The position numbers were made by a program, and so were the translations under genes. Under the pieces are notes generated by a model. It did not search any database. It saw only the letters and a list, made by a program, of their open reading frames with translations, and was not told the origin of the DNA. Below are positions 10,741 to 25,700 of a stretch of DNA of 64,000 nucleotides, piece after piece. Source of the stretch: Pocillopora damicornis (taxonomy: Eukaryota); NCBI RefSeq assembly GCF_003704095.1, contig NW_020847572.1:248001-312000 (forward strand). The letters are read 5' to 3'. Numbering within the stretch: position 1 is the stretch's first letter; each line of letters begins with the position of its first letter.

Positions 10741-12690
10741 AAAGAGATGATTGACCAGAACTAAAATCTGAAATATTACAATTAATGGTGGTTTTTGGCC
10801 TATATTCTGAAATTTTAAGTTAATTTTAGTGATTTTCCTCTTTTCTGGAAATGAAGAAATTTTACTATTACTTTTAAATGCAGATTTGTTGGACATTTGA
10901 TTAAATTTTGCCGAGAAACGCTCATGTCAATGATGGTGGCCGAAAATTAAAACACCGAATATTTAACAATTATACGTGCCCCGTTGGTTATGGTAATCTT
11001 ATATTCGGTAAGCCTGAGTAGAATCATGAATTGTTGGAGTAAAAACAGAAAGAAATAACCCTAACAACTAGCTATTATGTGGTTTGACAACGACCGGAAG
11101 ACAATTGTCTTTCCCTTGTCCCAAATGTCGTTCCAACATGCAAATTAATCATGCATCAAGCAAAACTGCCTAAATTTCCGTTACATTTCTTGAAAATTTT
11201 CATACCAAATTTAGTGGCTTTTTGGTGGATATGGAAGTCGCATTTTCTATTAGTTCTGCTATTTTTTTAAGTTTCATACTCTGGGGCAAACCGACTTTTT
11301 ACGGCCATTTCTTCAAGGCTCGCTCGTGCACTTGCTCGCTTGCAAACGAATTCATTAACAATATTTGTCGTAGCTAGGTTATGAGCTGTGAGCTAGGTTA
11401 CAAGGTCATAACATAACTCGGTTCAGCCAATCAGAAGGCAAGAAATTCAACAACGGTGATCCAGTTTTTACCAAACTAATTTATTTCGTGCAGGAACTGG
11501 TTTAGGATTCAAAGAGTAACAGAAAGTTTCTGAAAATTTCCCTTACTTGTGCGCAAAATGGCTTAAGGTTTTTTGCTTTTGTTTGTTTGTTTGTTTCTAT
11601 TTTTGAGTTATTAAAAAAAACAAAAAACAAAAAACTCCACGTCAGCGTATAGAGAGTAGTATGTTGCTCGCACCAATCAGATCGTTTAGGGTATGTATCT
11701 CGCATCAATCAGAGGGTCGATTTTGTTTTTGGTTTGAGAGGTGCTCAACGAAGTAATGCGGGATTCGGAGAGAGCGGTTCGTAAAATGTAATCATCTTTT
11801 AGAATGAGAAATGTTGGCTTTTCTGTATTTTTATCGTGTATTTTACCGCGCTTTATGAGAAATGCGATACTACTGGTCAGATGAAAGATATCACCTATAG
11901 TAAACGTGTTACATGCTGTGAAAATGGTGGATAGTTGTTCGAGAGAAAATGGAGTCCTGTGCAATGTAGCACGATCATGGTTATTGTTCCTTCACGACGA
12001 GGGTGAGTGGAAAAATTTGGAATCAAATATTACTTGAGGTGTTGATAAATTGCACCAAACATTTTGATTTTAGCAGTTCTTTAACGGCAAGCTGTGTTGC
12101 AAGATTCATGAGTTGTTGATTATGCCGATTGTATTTTTCTGGATTGGTTTGCTCGGTGCTATCTCGATCTCTAGATGAATGTCTGATTAAAATTAACCAT
12201 GGAAGATATTGTATATGGTTCCGATGCCTGGAGAAAGTGATCTTGTGAAGTCGTTCGTGTTTGGCCATGGACGAATCCAGATACCATCGTTGGCATGTTT
12301 ATTTGATTTTGTTATCTGGAATGAATGATTTACGGAGGTAAGTTAATATGATGTAATCCACTAACGTCGAAAATGTATCAAGTCCAAGGAACAGTTTTGG
12401 TCTCGGTCCGCATTTTTGTCGACAAAATAAACACATACTACTTAAAAGATAATAATACGGACCACGTGCAAAGCTGTCATTGTTTCTCAAATATTGCGTG
12501 CGTTAAATATTCAATAGTGACATCTCATTTACATCTACATCTACTTTTATTGTTGGTAAAATCTGTACAGACATCACACCAAACAACTCGTGCGCAAAGG
12601 GAGAAGACTATATGAAGGCTTGAAATTATATTAAGATCGACTTTGATCAAGAAACGGGCTAGGAATATTCCACAATAGTGCAAATAATCG

Positions 12691-12829
12691 TGGTAAAATT
12701 TCCGCACAGCCCCATACTTCATTATGCATTCAGTTCTTGGATAGAGAAAACAATGACAAAAACAATACATTGCCATTGAGAAAACAGATTTGTTTAACAA
12801 TAGTATGGGGCTGTGCGGAAATTTTACCA
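12691..12829. repeat. Perfect 28-bp inverted repeat with 83-bp spacer (MITE-like)
   Basis: tggtaaaatttccgcacagccccatact (12691-12718) and its exact reverse complement at 12802-12829. Confidence 0.85.
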
Positions 12830-13019
12830 TAATCGTGAAAGGTGATCACGGAGGAGCGATTGCGTGACGCTCGGTAAGTTATAAGATGACATGCTATCAC
12901 ATACCAGGCGAAAAAACTCTTTAGATTCTCAGTCTGCATTTTGTAACCACTCTGCAGTCAACATTTTGTACCTAGTCTACATTTTGTATCCGGTCTGCAG
13001 TCTGCATTATGTACTTACA

Positions 13020-13625
13020 GGTATCCGTGGCACCAATACAGTTTATTTTCAGTTACAGTTATTCGCACAACACACACAATCTACCACAAGATACCTGTGT
13101 GAGATTTAATTCGGCATTTTCGTTCTTTTTCGCGTTAATACTCTTCTTTCCTTTTGTAAAAATGTAGACATCACATACAATGTTTCAAGTAATCCACCCA
13201 CCCCCAAAAAATAATTCTTGCATGCATAGCATGCCTATGTTTTTTCAAACTGCTTTGTTTTTATCAGCTCCCTTTTCCTTCTCAGCTTGTTATCATGAAT
13301 GCAAGGCAAAGGAAAATGGAATCAAATACACATGTAATGAACTGAAGGTCCTGGGTCATTTTTGAGTTATTTAAAATAAAAATAATAATAACTCTATGTT
13401 AGAGTCAGGAACCATTAAGGTATCTGTGGCACCAATACAGTTTATTTTTGGTTACAGTTATTCGCACAACACATACAATCAACCAAAAAATACCTGTGTC
13501 TGAGTTTACTCAACATTCCTGTTTTTTTCTGTTATAATACTCTTTCCTTTTGTAAAAATGTAGACATCACTTAAAATGTTTCAATTCATCCACCCATCCA
13601 AAAAATAACAGAGCATGCCTATGTT
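13020..13625. repeat. Direct repeat of a ~210-bp unit (13020-13240 and 13419-13625)
   Basis: ggtatc.gtggcaccaatacagtttatttt...ttttgtaaaaatgtagacatcac...agcatgcctatgttt occurs twice. Confidence 0.85.
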
Positions 13626-15300
13626 TAACAAAAGTCAGTATGATTGAAGTGAAATGCAGATGTATTTAGAAACCACTGTTTACCAGGGTATCATTGGAGA
13701 ACACAGCAAAATAAACCAGAAGAACAGCTATTATGGCAAACATCAGTGTGCCTAAGTTTTGGGAGCCATCAGCGATTCCACAAGAGGTATGCTTCCCATC
13801 TGCCAATCATAGCTCAACACACTCAGTGATAAAAGCAACCAAGAGTTGAATGCAATCAGATATGAGTAAGTCATGATGCGAGAACTGAGACAGTCTGAAA
13901 ATGAGGTAGGGTTGTCCTGAAGTGTAAAATGTGGTAGATTTCCTCCAAGCATCCATACTCTGAATGCCATGAGACAAAAAACCAGTGGCTGAAAAAGAAA
14001 AACATCCAGGTTTACCTCAAGTGAGTAAAAAGGGTGTTAACTCTGAACATAATCAGCTAGGTCATTTGCTTTTTTCAACTCTTTTCTCAAAATCCCTACA
14101 AAACTTTAAATCCTAAATATATGCCTCCACACTGTCAAATCACATTACACTTTTTAAAAACAAATTTACTTGCACTTACAGACACAGAGAGAACAATTGA
14201 TACAGTTCTTTCTCCAACAACTCTGCTGGTAAATACAGTCAAACAGGAACATGGGTTGTTTTTATTTCATAAAAACTTCCTAAAAGATAGTTGAACAAAG
14301 ATTTAAAACATACAAATGGCAAACAATACTCTTGAAAAGAGGATCCACTTGTTTCATGAAATAACTTCTTTCTTTCTCCCTTTTTCACTAAAAATTGCTT
14401 TTTCTTGATTTTTTTCTATCAACTTGAGGTTCAGGCTATTTCCTCTAGACCCTTTAACTTTCATGAGTGACCAAGACAGAATTTCTCCTTACTATATCTA
14501 TAAAAAATCTTAAAACCAAGTGAGGAGAATAAAGAAAAATATCAATTATGGGATTACTAGTTGATCCAATACCAAATTCTCCAAACTTACATAATGAGAA
14601 TTGTTTGGCAGACAGTAAAGAGAATCACTTATGAGATCGTGGGAGTTAAAGGGTAAAGAACATTTTTAAGTCATTTAATGTCACCTAAACTGTAGCTCCA
14701 ATGTCTTGTGATCTCTCATAGTTTTTTTGTACTCAGCAAGTAAGGAAACAGTTCACAGAAGTTCCAATGTAATTTATATGATAAACTGAATCATGTGCAT
14801 TTTGATCTTCATGATCTATTGAAGGAAAGATGCATATATGATGTTTAGATTAATAACCTTTTGCTTTTTCATTGCATAAAACAAATAGATTCCCTGTTTC
14901 ATGGAATAGTTAACAACAGATCTTAGAAGTTTGAAGGTTGCAAAAGAGTGGCAAGACCTGAACTTACAGCTTCTGTATGGACAAGATGTGTAGCAAATAG
15001 AATTCCCGCAATAAATGCAAATATACTGGACTTGAAGGCCACCACCTTGCACACACAAGTATACAACAGGCAAACCAATCTGTGAAGAACAACATTGACC
15101 ACATGGTATCCAAAAGGTTTTAACCCATGTATCATGAAATTTCTGTGAAAGGTTAAGACACAAAGTGGTCTGTGCAACTTATGGCTTGTATTACTCCACT
15201 TTGGCTTGCCCCTGAAGTCATTAGAGAGTATGTTCAGCAGCAGAGTTTCAGGGTGAATGTCCATGTTTTCTTTGATCGCAAAAATATCATCAAAAAATGT
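13250..15300 (-). pseudogene. Partial inverted duplicate of TMTC1 (part of exon 1, degenerate exon 4, exon 5 and introns)
   Basis: The exon 1 remnant (~15300-14968) has DFRGKPKW/HKLHRP in place of DFWGKPMW/HKSYRP. Exons 2-3 are deleted. The exon 5 remnant (13988-13684) carries a 1-nt deletion leading to TAG at 13754-13752. No start codon region. Confidence 0.9.
14450..14653. mobile_element. piggyBac-like MITE, duplicated copy of the element in TMTC1 intron 3
   Basis: TIRs ccctttaact...agttaaaggg, with the same flanks as 24913-25111. Confidence 0.8.
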
Positions 15301-15314
15301 CATCAAAAAAAGAA

Positions 15315-16195
15315 ATTGCCCAGTATAATGTGGGCAGTGTAATGTGGAGAGAGCTTATTATGAAGGGTTTGTCATCAAACAGTCCAATCTGGAGGCAGAG
15401 AGATGGTTTCTTGAAGCAGCAAGAGACGGTAAACCTACAGGCAGCATAAAGGCTCAACCAGTATTGAGTTTGTTCTACTCCAGACCTGGTGAAGACTCTT
15501 TTGACTTACAGAAGGTTGGTTAGCATTTGCTAATTAATGCATGTCAACACTCAACAGCATTATCCTCTTCCAGTCTGTGCCTGGGGTCCATTTAGTAAAA
15601 CAGAGCCCAATATTTAAAATGGCACATATTTAATAAGTACATACCACTCAAGTTTATAGTCCCTTTTTGCACATGCTGATTGGCTAATTTGGAGGTAAAT
15701 AGTGAGTAACATTTACCTCACAGTAGCTGAAGAGGCAAAATCAGGCATCAGGATTTTAATTTCTGACTATTGTTTGGTATAGTAAGAGAAATACACTGAC
15801 TTTTTTTGTATCTGTTTGGTACACACTAAAAAATTTATTTACCTCAATGTTGGTGAAATTGGTGGATATTACCTCCGCTGTGGTGAATAACTATGAAATA
15901 TAGTAGAGTGAGAAATAGAAAGAGAGAGGCTTTGGGCACTGGTCACTTGACGAACATGAATAGACTCAAACATCCCTTATTTTTCATCCTCCTACAATTT
16001 TTGAGTGGTTTACTATTGGGAGTGTTACTGAACCCCTGGAAGAGGCAATAGCCACTGCATACAGTAGTCTTTTTTAATATTTTATATACTCCAGGGGGAA
16101 TCTTAGGTTAATCATAACATCTATCCCTATCTTTGTCTTACTGAAACTTTTTTATCTGTAACACATCAGAGTAAACTATAAAATAATGTTCATTT
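15315..16195 (+). pseudogene. Partial inverted duplicate of LRP2BP (3' part of exon 2 and intron 2)
   Basis: Reverse complement of ~21410-20570. A 14-nt tandem duplication (cagtataatgtggg/cagtgtaatgtgga) frameshifts the exon. It runs into an N gap. Confidence 0.9.
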
Positions 16196-18637
16196 NNNNN
16201 NNNNNNNNNNNNNNNNNNNNNNNNNNNNNNNNNNNNNNNNNNNNNNNNNNNNNNNNNNNNNNNNNNNNNNNNNNNNNNNNNNNNNNNNNNNNNNNCGAGG
16301 GGCTTTAGCATGTATTTGTCACGGCAGCTGTGACAAATGCCCCTGGGTGTCCGGGGGTCGACCCCTCGGGATGGCCGCTGATACCCACATAACGCATCTT
16401 TTGGTCGAAAGTCGCTTTGTTATTTACGTAGCAAGTTATTCTTCCACGTTTAGGCTATAACAACGATGCGATCACACGGCGCTAAAGAAGGAACGATAGA
16501 ACTTCAAAGAAAATAATGTGAGAGGCCAATGATCCGGTTCGCAGTGATCATGCGAACAGCATGTTTTCCTGAGATCAGTTACCGGAAAATACTGGTCAAA
16601 TTTTCCACTTATCCCGACCCCCTCGAATAAGTAGTTTTGCTTGAAGACATAACTACAACGGAGTCTCTTAACCAGTCCCAAGCCGCGTGTCGCTCGATAG
16701 ATCACAGGATATGATTGGCCACTCTATCACATTACGTCAGAGGACATATCTGCAATGAGAGGACATAAGTGCAACGGTACAGATAGTTTTAGACAGAGTA
16801 TTTTAAAAGGCCAAAATTTGACAAATTTTACTATCTCGTGACGAAAGACGTCAACAACAACGTATCGAATATCATAATTTGATTAGCGCTCAGTCAATCT
16901 TTTAATGGTTTAATTAACAGTATCAATCGGTGAGATCTAAAATCTCTGTCCTACTATATTTTCAACTTAAAATGGTCAAAATCTAAGATTTATCGAGCGA
17001 CTTATATAAAACGGTCGGAGTTTACTTAAGGAACTCATTTGCATAATCGGCTGTCACGCTAAATCGCTAAAAGTTTGAAGTCACCACGGCGAAGAAAATT
17101 AATAAGTGCAAGATGTTTTTATATTTTTATGCTGCAAAACACCTTATTAGAAGAAATCAAGCGAAGTTCATGATGGTCTGGTCTGGACTTGAGCAATATC
17201 AACCAAGAAAGAAAGATTACTTTTGACCAATTTCAGAAAGCTGTCTAACGAGTGTTTTTAAATAAATTATGACGAATCTCTGAATAAACGAATATCAAAA
17301 TTGAAATGCTTTTTATACACCTTACATATCACACAGTTTAAGAATACAAAAGATCTTTTGCTGCATGCGGTGTGATACGAGGACCGGGCTTTTTAACTTT
17401 TGAAATTTTCGATGTCGCAAGAGGTCAAAAAAGGGCCTTTTGCAGCTTTGACTATTGAGAGCTCTAAAAATTTTATTTTAACGTATTTCTAGAAACTAAT
17501 GTGGTTCTATTTACTTGCTATCAAAGATAGATTATTAGGCAAAGTTTGAGGGAAACTTTGTTCCGATGCGAAATGCCCTGGACCGCTCTTACAGAGATCG
17601 CCACTTAATATTGGGCTCTGTTTCACTAAATGAACCCCTGGCACAGACTGGAAGAGGATAATGCTGTCTAAAGTTGAGATGCATTAGCAAATGCTAACAA
17701 ACCGACACACAATTTAATGATTTAACTCCGTCAATCATAGGAGAGATCATTTACTTCTTTCTCTAAACAATGTTAAAACGAAGGTGATAAGCGGTAAGAA
17801 AAAGCCATATCGGGGAAAGTCAATGTAATGCACAACTTCAAATTCTCCAGAAAATCAATCAGATAATGTAAGGGTGTCGCAATTTAGATTTGATGAGGTG
17901 AAGTAAGGGCGTTTTTCTGGTCAATTAGGAGAATATTTTAGCAGCAGTGCCTTAAGGATATCGGCTGATTTGGTCCATAATCGAACAACTGAGAAAGCAG
18001 AAAACCAGAACATGAAATCACGGATCAACTCTTTATGGCAAGTTATATAATTAAAGACCTCCTATCATAGTTACAAAGTCCAAAGGCAAAGCTTCCATTA
18101 TTGCTCGTTTATTTATTTTTCCATACCGTTTTGAAACTCCTAACTAGCCTCAAATCAAAAGAAAACTTTGCAAAGACAATCAAACTTCAGATTATTTGAT
18201 TTTAAGTACCCAAGAGAGGCAAGCTAATATAAATATTATAGTACATGCGTTTCACATTTCTTTACAGCCAGCTATATACAGAGGCATCGTTGGTATAAAT
18301 TAATATCATTAACAAGAGACTTAAAAGAAACGGTGAATCAAAACTGCTCGCTTAGCTTCAATGAGTAAGCAGGAACATATTAAATTTACATGATTGATAT
18401 GAAACACACTTTAAAGATAGAAATGCAAATCTACAGCCAGAGACGCAAAATCAAGTTCAGTTCAGTCATGAATTTGTTTGTACATTTAGAGACATGATAT
18501 TCCATTCTTAGTAGATGATTACAAAAGCTCGACACAAGGAATGTTTTCTGTGAGACAGAGAACTGGTTGTTTTAAACCGCTGAGGATAACATTTTGTAAG
18601 CCAATGCAACACGTCTGTACGTTTTGATGAGGAAACG

Positions 18638-22613
<3,976 letters not shown>

Positions 22614-22739
22614 CTTGGACAATAACTGAGCAATCATCGTTGCTATAGTGACAATTTGTAAAATTTTTCTTTAAGGGAGGGGAGGGTTAGACTGGAGTTG
22701 ATCTGCCAATAATGCAGCCTGGGATGATCCAGGTTCAAT
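22614..22739. promoter_or_regulatory. Compact bidirectional promoter with candidate RFX X-box (22639-22652)
   Basis: 126 nt between divergent ATGs. GTTGCTATAGTGAC matches the X-box pattern, CCAAT lies at 22706, and both starts read ATGGCGG (YY1-like). Confidence 0.65.
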
Positions 22740-25700
22740 ATGGCGGCGAATTTGAAGTCACAAGATGAAAGGGCAGCAAGACCTCTTTGCAACGATAGAA
22801 GCTGCGATCTCTGCAATACGCATTTGTCAAGGTTACCTAAGAGTTTAGGATATGGAATTATTGCCTTTACCTCGTTAGCTTGTTATCTGAACAGCTTGGA
22901 TTACGATTTAGTACACGATGACATTTTTGCGATCAAAGAGAACATGGACATTCGCCCTGAAACTCCGCTGCTGAACATACTCTCTAACGACTTCTGGGGC
23001 AAGCCAATGTGGAGTAATACGAGCCATAAGTCGTACAGACCGCTTTGTGTCTTAACTTTTAGAATAAATTTCGCAATACATGGCTTAAAACCTTTTGGAT
23101 ACCATGCTGTCAATGTTGTTCTTCACGGATTGGTTTGTCTGTTGTATACTTATATGTGCGAAGTAGCGGCCTTCAAGTCCAGTGTGCTTGCATTTATCGC
23201 GGGAATGTTATTTGCTACACATCCTGTCCATACAGAAGCTGTAAGTTCAGGACTTGCCTCTCTTTCGTAACCTTCAAACTTCTAGGATCTGATTGTTGAC
23301 TCTCTTCCCCCCCCCCCCCCCCCCCCCCTCCTTGTAAATTAGTCACGAGAATTTCGTGTTGGAACAAGATAACAACTTCTACCTGATTATTTTTAGCATT
23401 CTCATTATATGTTTGCTGGATAATGTAGGATATTACAGGGAGAAGTTACATGTTAATCATTTCAGGCAGTACAAGAGTCAAAGAGTGAATGTTCATGTGA
23501 TCTTACCTTTGAGCAGTTTGCAACCTCAAAGCTTTTTGCCGAGGAATTTATTAGCTGTTATGTTTCATGAAAATGCCATGTTATACCTGAATGTTTTTTA
23601 TGCTCATTATTGTTATGATAGGTCTGTATGACTGATTTTTGTGGGTAGTGTGAAATAACTGCACCATTGCAAAAAATTTCCATCCCCTCTCCTTCCTCCA
23701 TAAGAAGCGTGATTAAGGGAGGTGAGGGGGCCATATTTATCGATGGAGTGGATTAGGTTGTTATTATTACTGCTTTACTTTCTCTTGTTGGATCACAGGA
23801 TCCTCATGTTTGGTGGGGGGGGGGGGGNNNNNNNNNNNNNNNNNNNNNNNNNNNNNNNNNNNNNNNNNNNNNNNNNNNNNNNNNNNNNNNNNNNNNNNNN
23901 NNNNNNNNNNNNNNNNNNNNNNNNNNNNNNNNNNNNNNNNNNNNNNNNNNNNNNNNNNNNNNNNNNNNNNNNNNNNNNNNNNNNNNNNNNNNNNNNNNNN
24001 NNNNNNNNNNNNNNNNNNNNNNNNNNNNNNNNNNNNNNNNNNNNNNNAGGTTCAGTTATTTTTATAACATTTACCAATATGTTTATATCTTCAGGTGACA
24101 GGAGTTGTGGGACGCGCTGATGTACTGGCATGTTTGTTGTTCCTTCTTTCATTTCTAGCATTTGTAAGGTGAATTTTTTTTTACAAAAGCCTCTGTGATG
24201 CAATATTGAAATCTTTTTTATTCTGGCTGATTCCAATTTCAGGTTGTAGGTAATTTTTAATTTGCACCCTTTTCTAGGTCTGTAGGAAACAAAGGCTGTT
24301 GGCAGATAATGTACACAATTATTTACATGGTTCTTGGTGCCATTGCTATGCTGGTAAAGGAGCATGGCATAACTGTGTTTGGTGTATGCTTTGTATATGA
24401 TTGTATGGTTATTAACAAGAATTTGATTTGGAGGTAAGTGATGTCTCGATCATACCATCATATGCCAGGTTCTTTTTTTTTTTTTTTAGACCTGTTTTGT
24501 TACTTTTCTTTTAAAAACATGGCAATCGTATCATGTTAATCAAGTAGACTCCATGTTGCTGTGTATCTTTTCAATAATAGATCACAGATGATTCCAAAAT
24601 GCAGTAAGAACTATACAGTGGCACATTTTGATGTCTTCTGTGATCTATACTGTAAAGACCCACTGCAACATGGAATATTTGTTTTATGTAATGAAAAGGC
24701 AAAAGGTTATTAATCTTGACATCATCTATGTGTCTGTCCTCCAATAGATCATGAAGATCAAATTGCTTATATAATTCAGTTTATCATTTAAATTACATTG
24801 GAACTTCTGTGTACTGTTGCCTTACTTGCCAAGTGCAAAAAGAACTGTGAAAGATTACATGGTGTTGGAGTTACGGTGTAGGTGACATTAAATGCCTTCA
24901 AAATGTTCTTTACCCTTTAACTCCCAAGATCTCATTATTCTCCTTACTATCTGCCAAGCAATTCTCATTATGTAAGTTTGGAGAATTTGATATTGGACAA
25001 TTAGTAATCTCATAATTGATATTTTTCTTTATTCTCATCACTTGTCTGCATGATTTTGTATAGATATAGTTAGGAGAAATTCTGTCTTGGTCACTCACAG
25101 GAGTTAAAGGGTTAAGAGGAAATAGCCTGGACCTCAAGTTGATAGAAAGATCAAGAAAAAGCAATTTTTAGTGATTAAGGCCCTTTAGAAGTTATTTCAT
25201 TAAACAAGTGAATTTTCTTTTCAGGAGTATTGTTTGTAATTTGTATGTTTCAAATCTTTGTTCAACTATCTTTTAGTAAGTTTCTGTGAAGTAACAACAG
25301 CACATGTTTCTGTTTGACTGTGTTGACCTGCAGAGTCATCAGAGAAAGAACTGTGTCAGTGGAAAAGGACGTTACGGCATTGAAGCGTCTTCTATTACGA
25401 ACACTTGTTCTCTCTGTATCTGTAAGTGTGAGGTAAACTTGTTTTTAAAAAGCATCATTGTGATTAGACAGTTTGGAAGCCTTTATTTAGGATTTATAGT
25501 GCCGTGGGGATTTCGAGAACAAAAAGTAAACAACCTTTGTAATTATGTTATTGGGGAATTGAAGGTACACGATGAAAAATGTTATTAGCGGTTTGTAGTT
25601 TGCACAATTGGCCCCAGAATCCTGGGCGTAAAATCTGACGTAAAGAAACAATATCCCAAAAACCTATTTTAGTCACTACACTTCGTTTTAAACGAAGCTT

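Larger units (their letters stand above)
3572..11052. repeat. Large inverted segmental duplication: arms ~3572-7020 and ~8190-11052, spacer ~1.2 kb containing an N gap
   Basis: Reverse-complement matches across 3' flank (3575-3750 vs 10875-11050), both exons, the intron and ~1.3 kb of 5' flank. Confidence 0.92.

Noticed and set aside
12023-12268. 81-aa ORF possibly resembling a retroelement N-terminus
   Set aside because: Similarity is too vague to call without a search.
16700-17590. Possible non-autonomous DNA transposon
   Set aside because: Only one candidate end is visible; no matching TIR or TSD could be established.
23722-24365. Long ORFs containing X runs
   Set aside because: Artefacts of translating N gaps (also at ~1.1 kb and ~5.2 kb).
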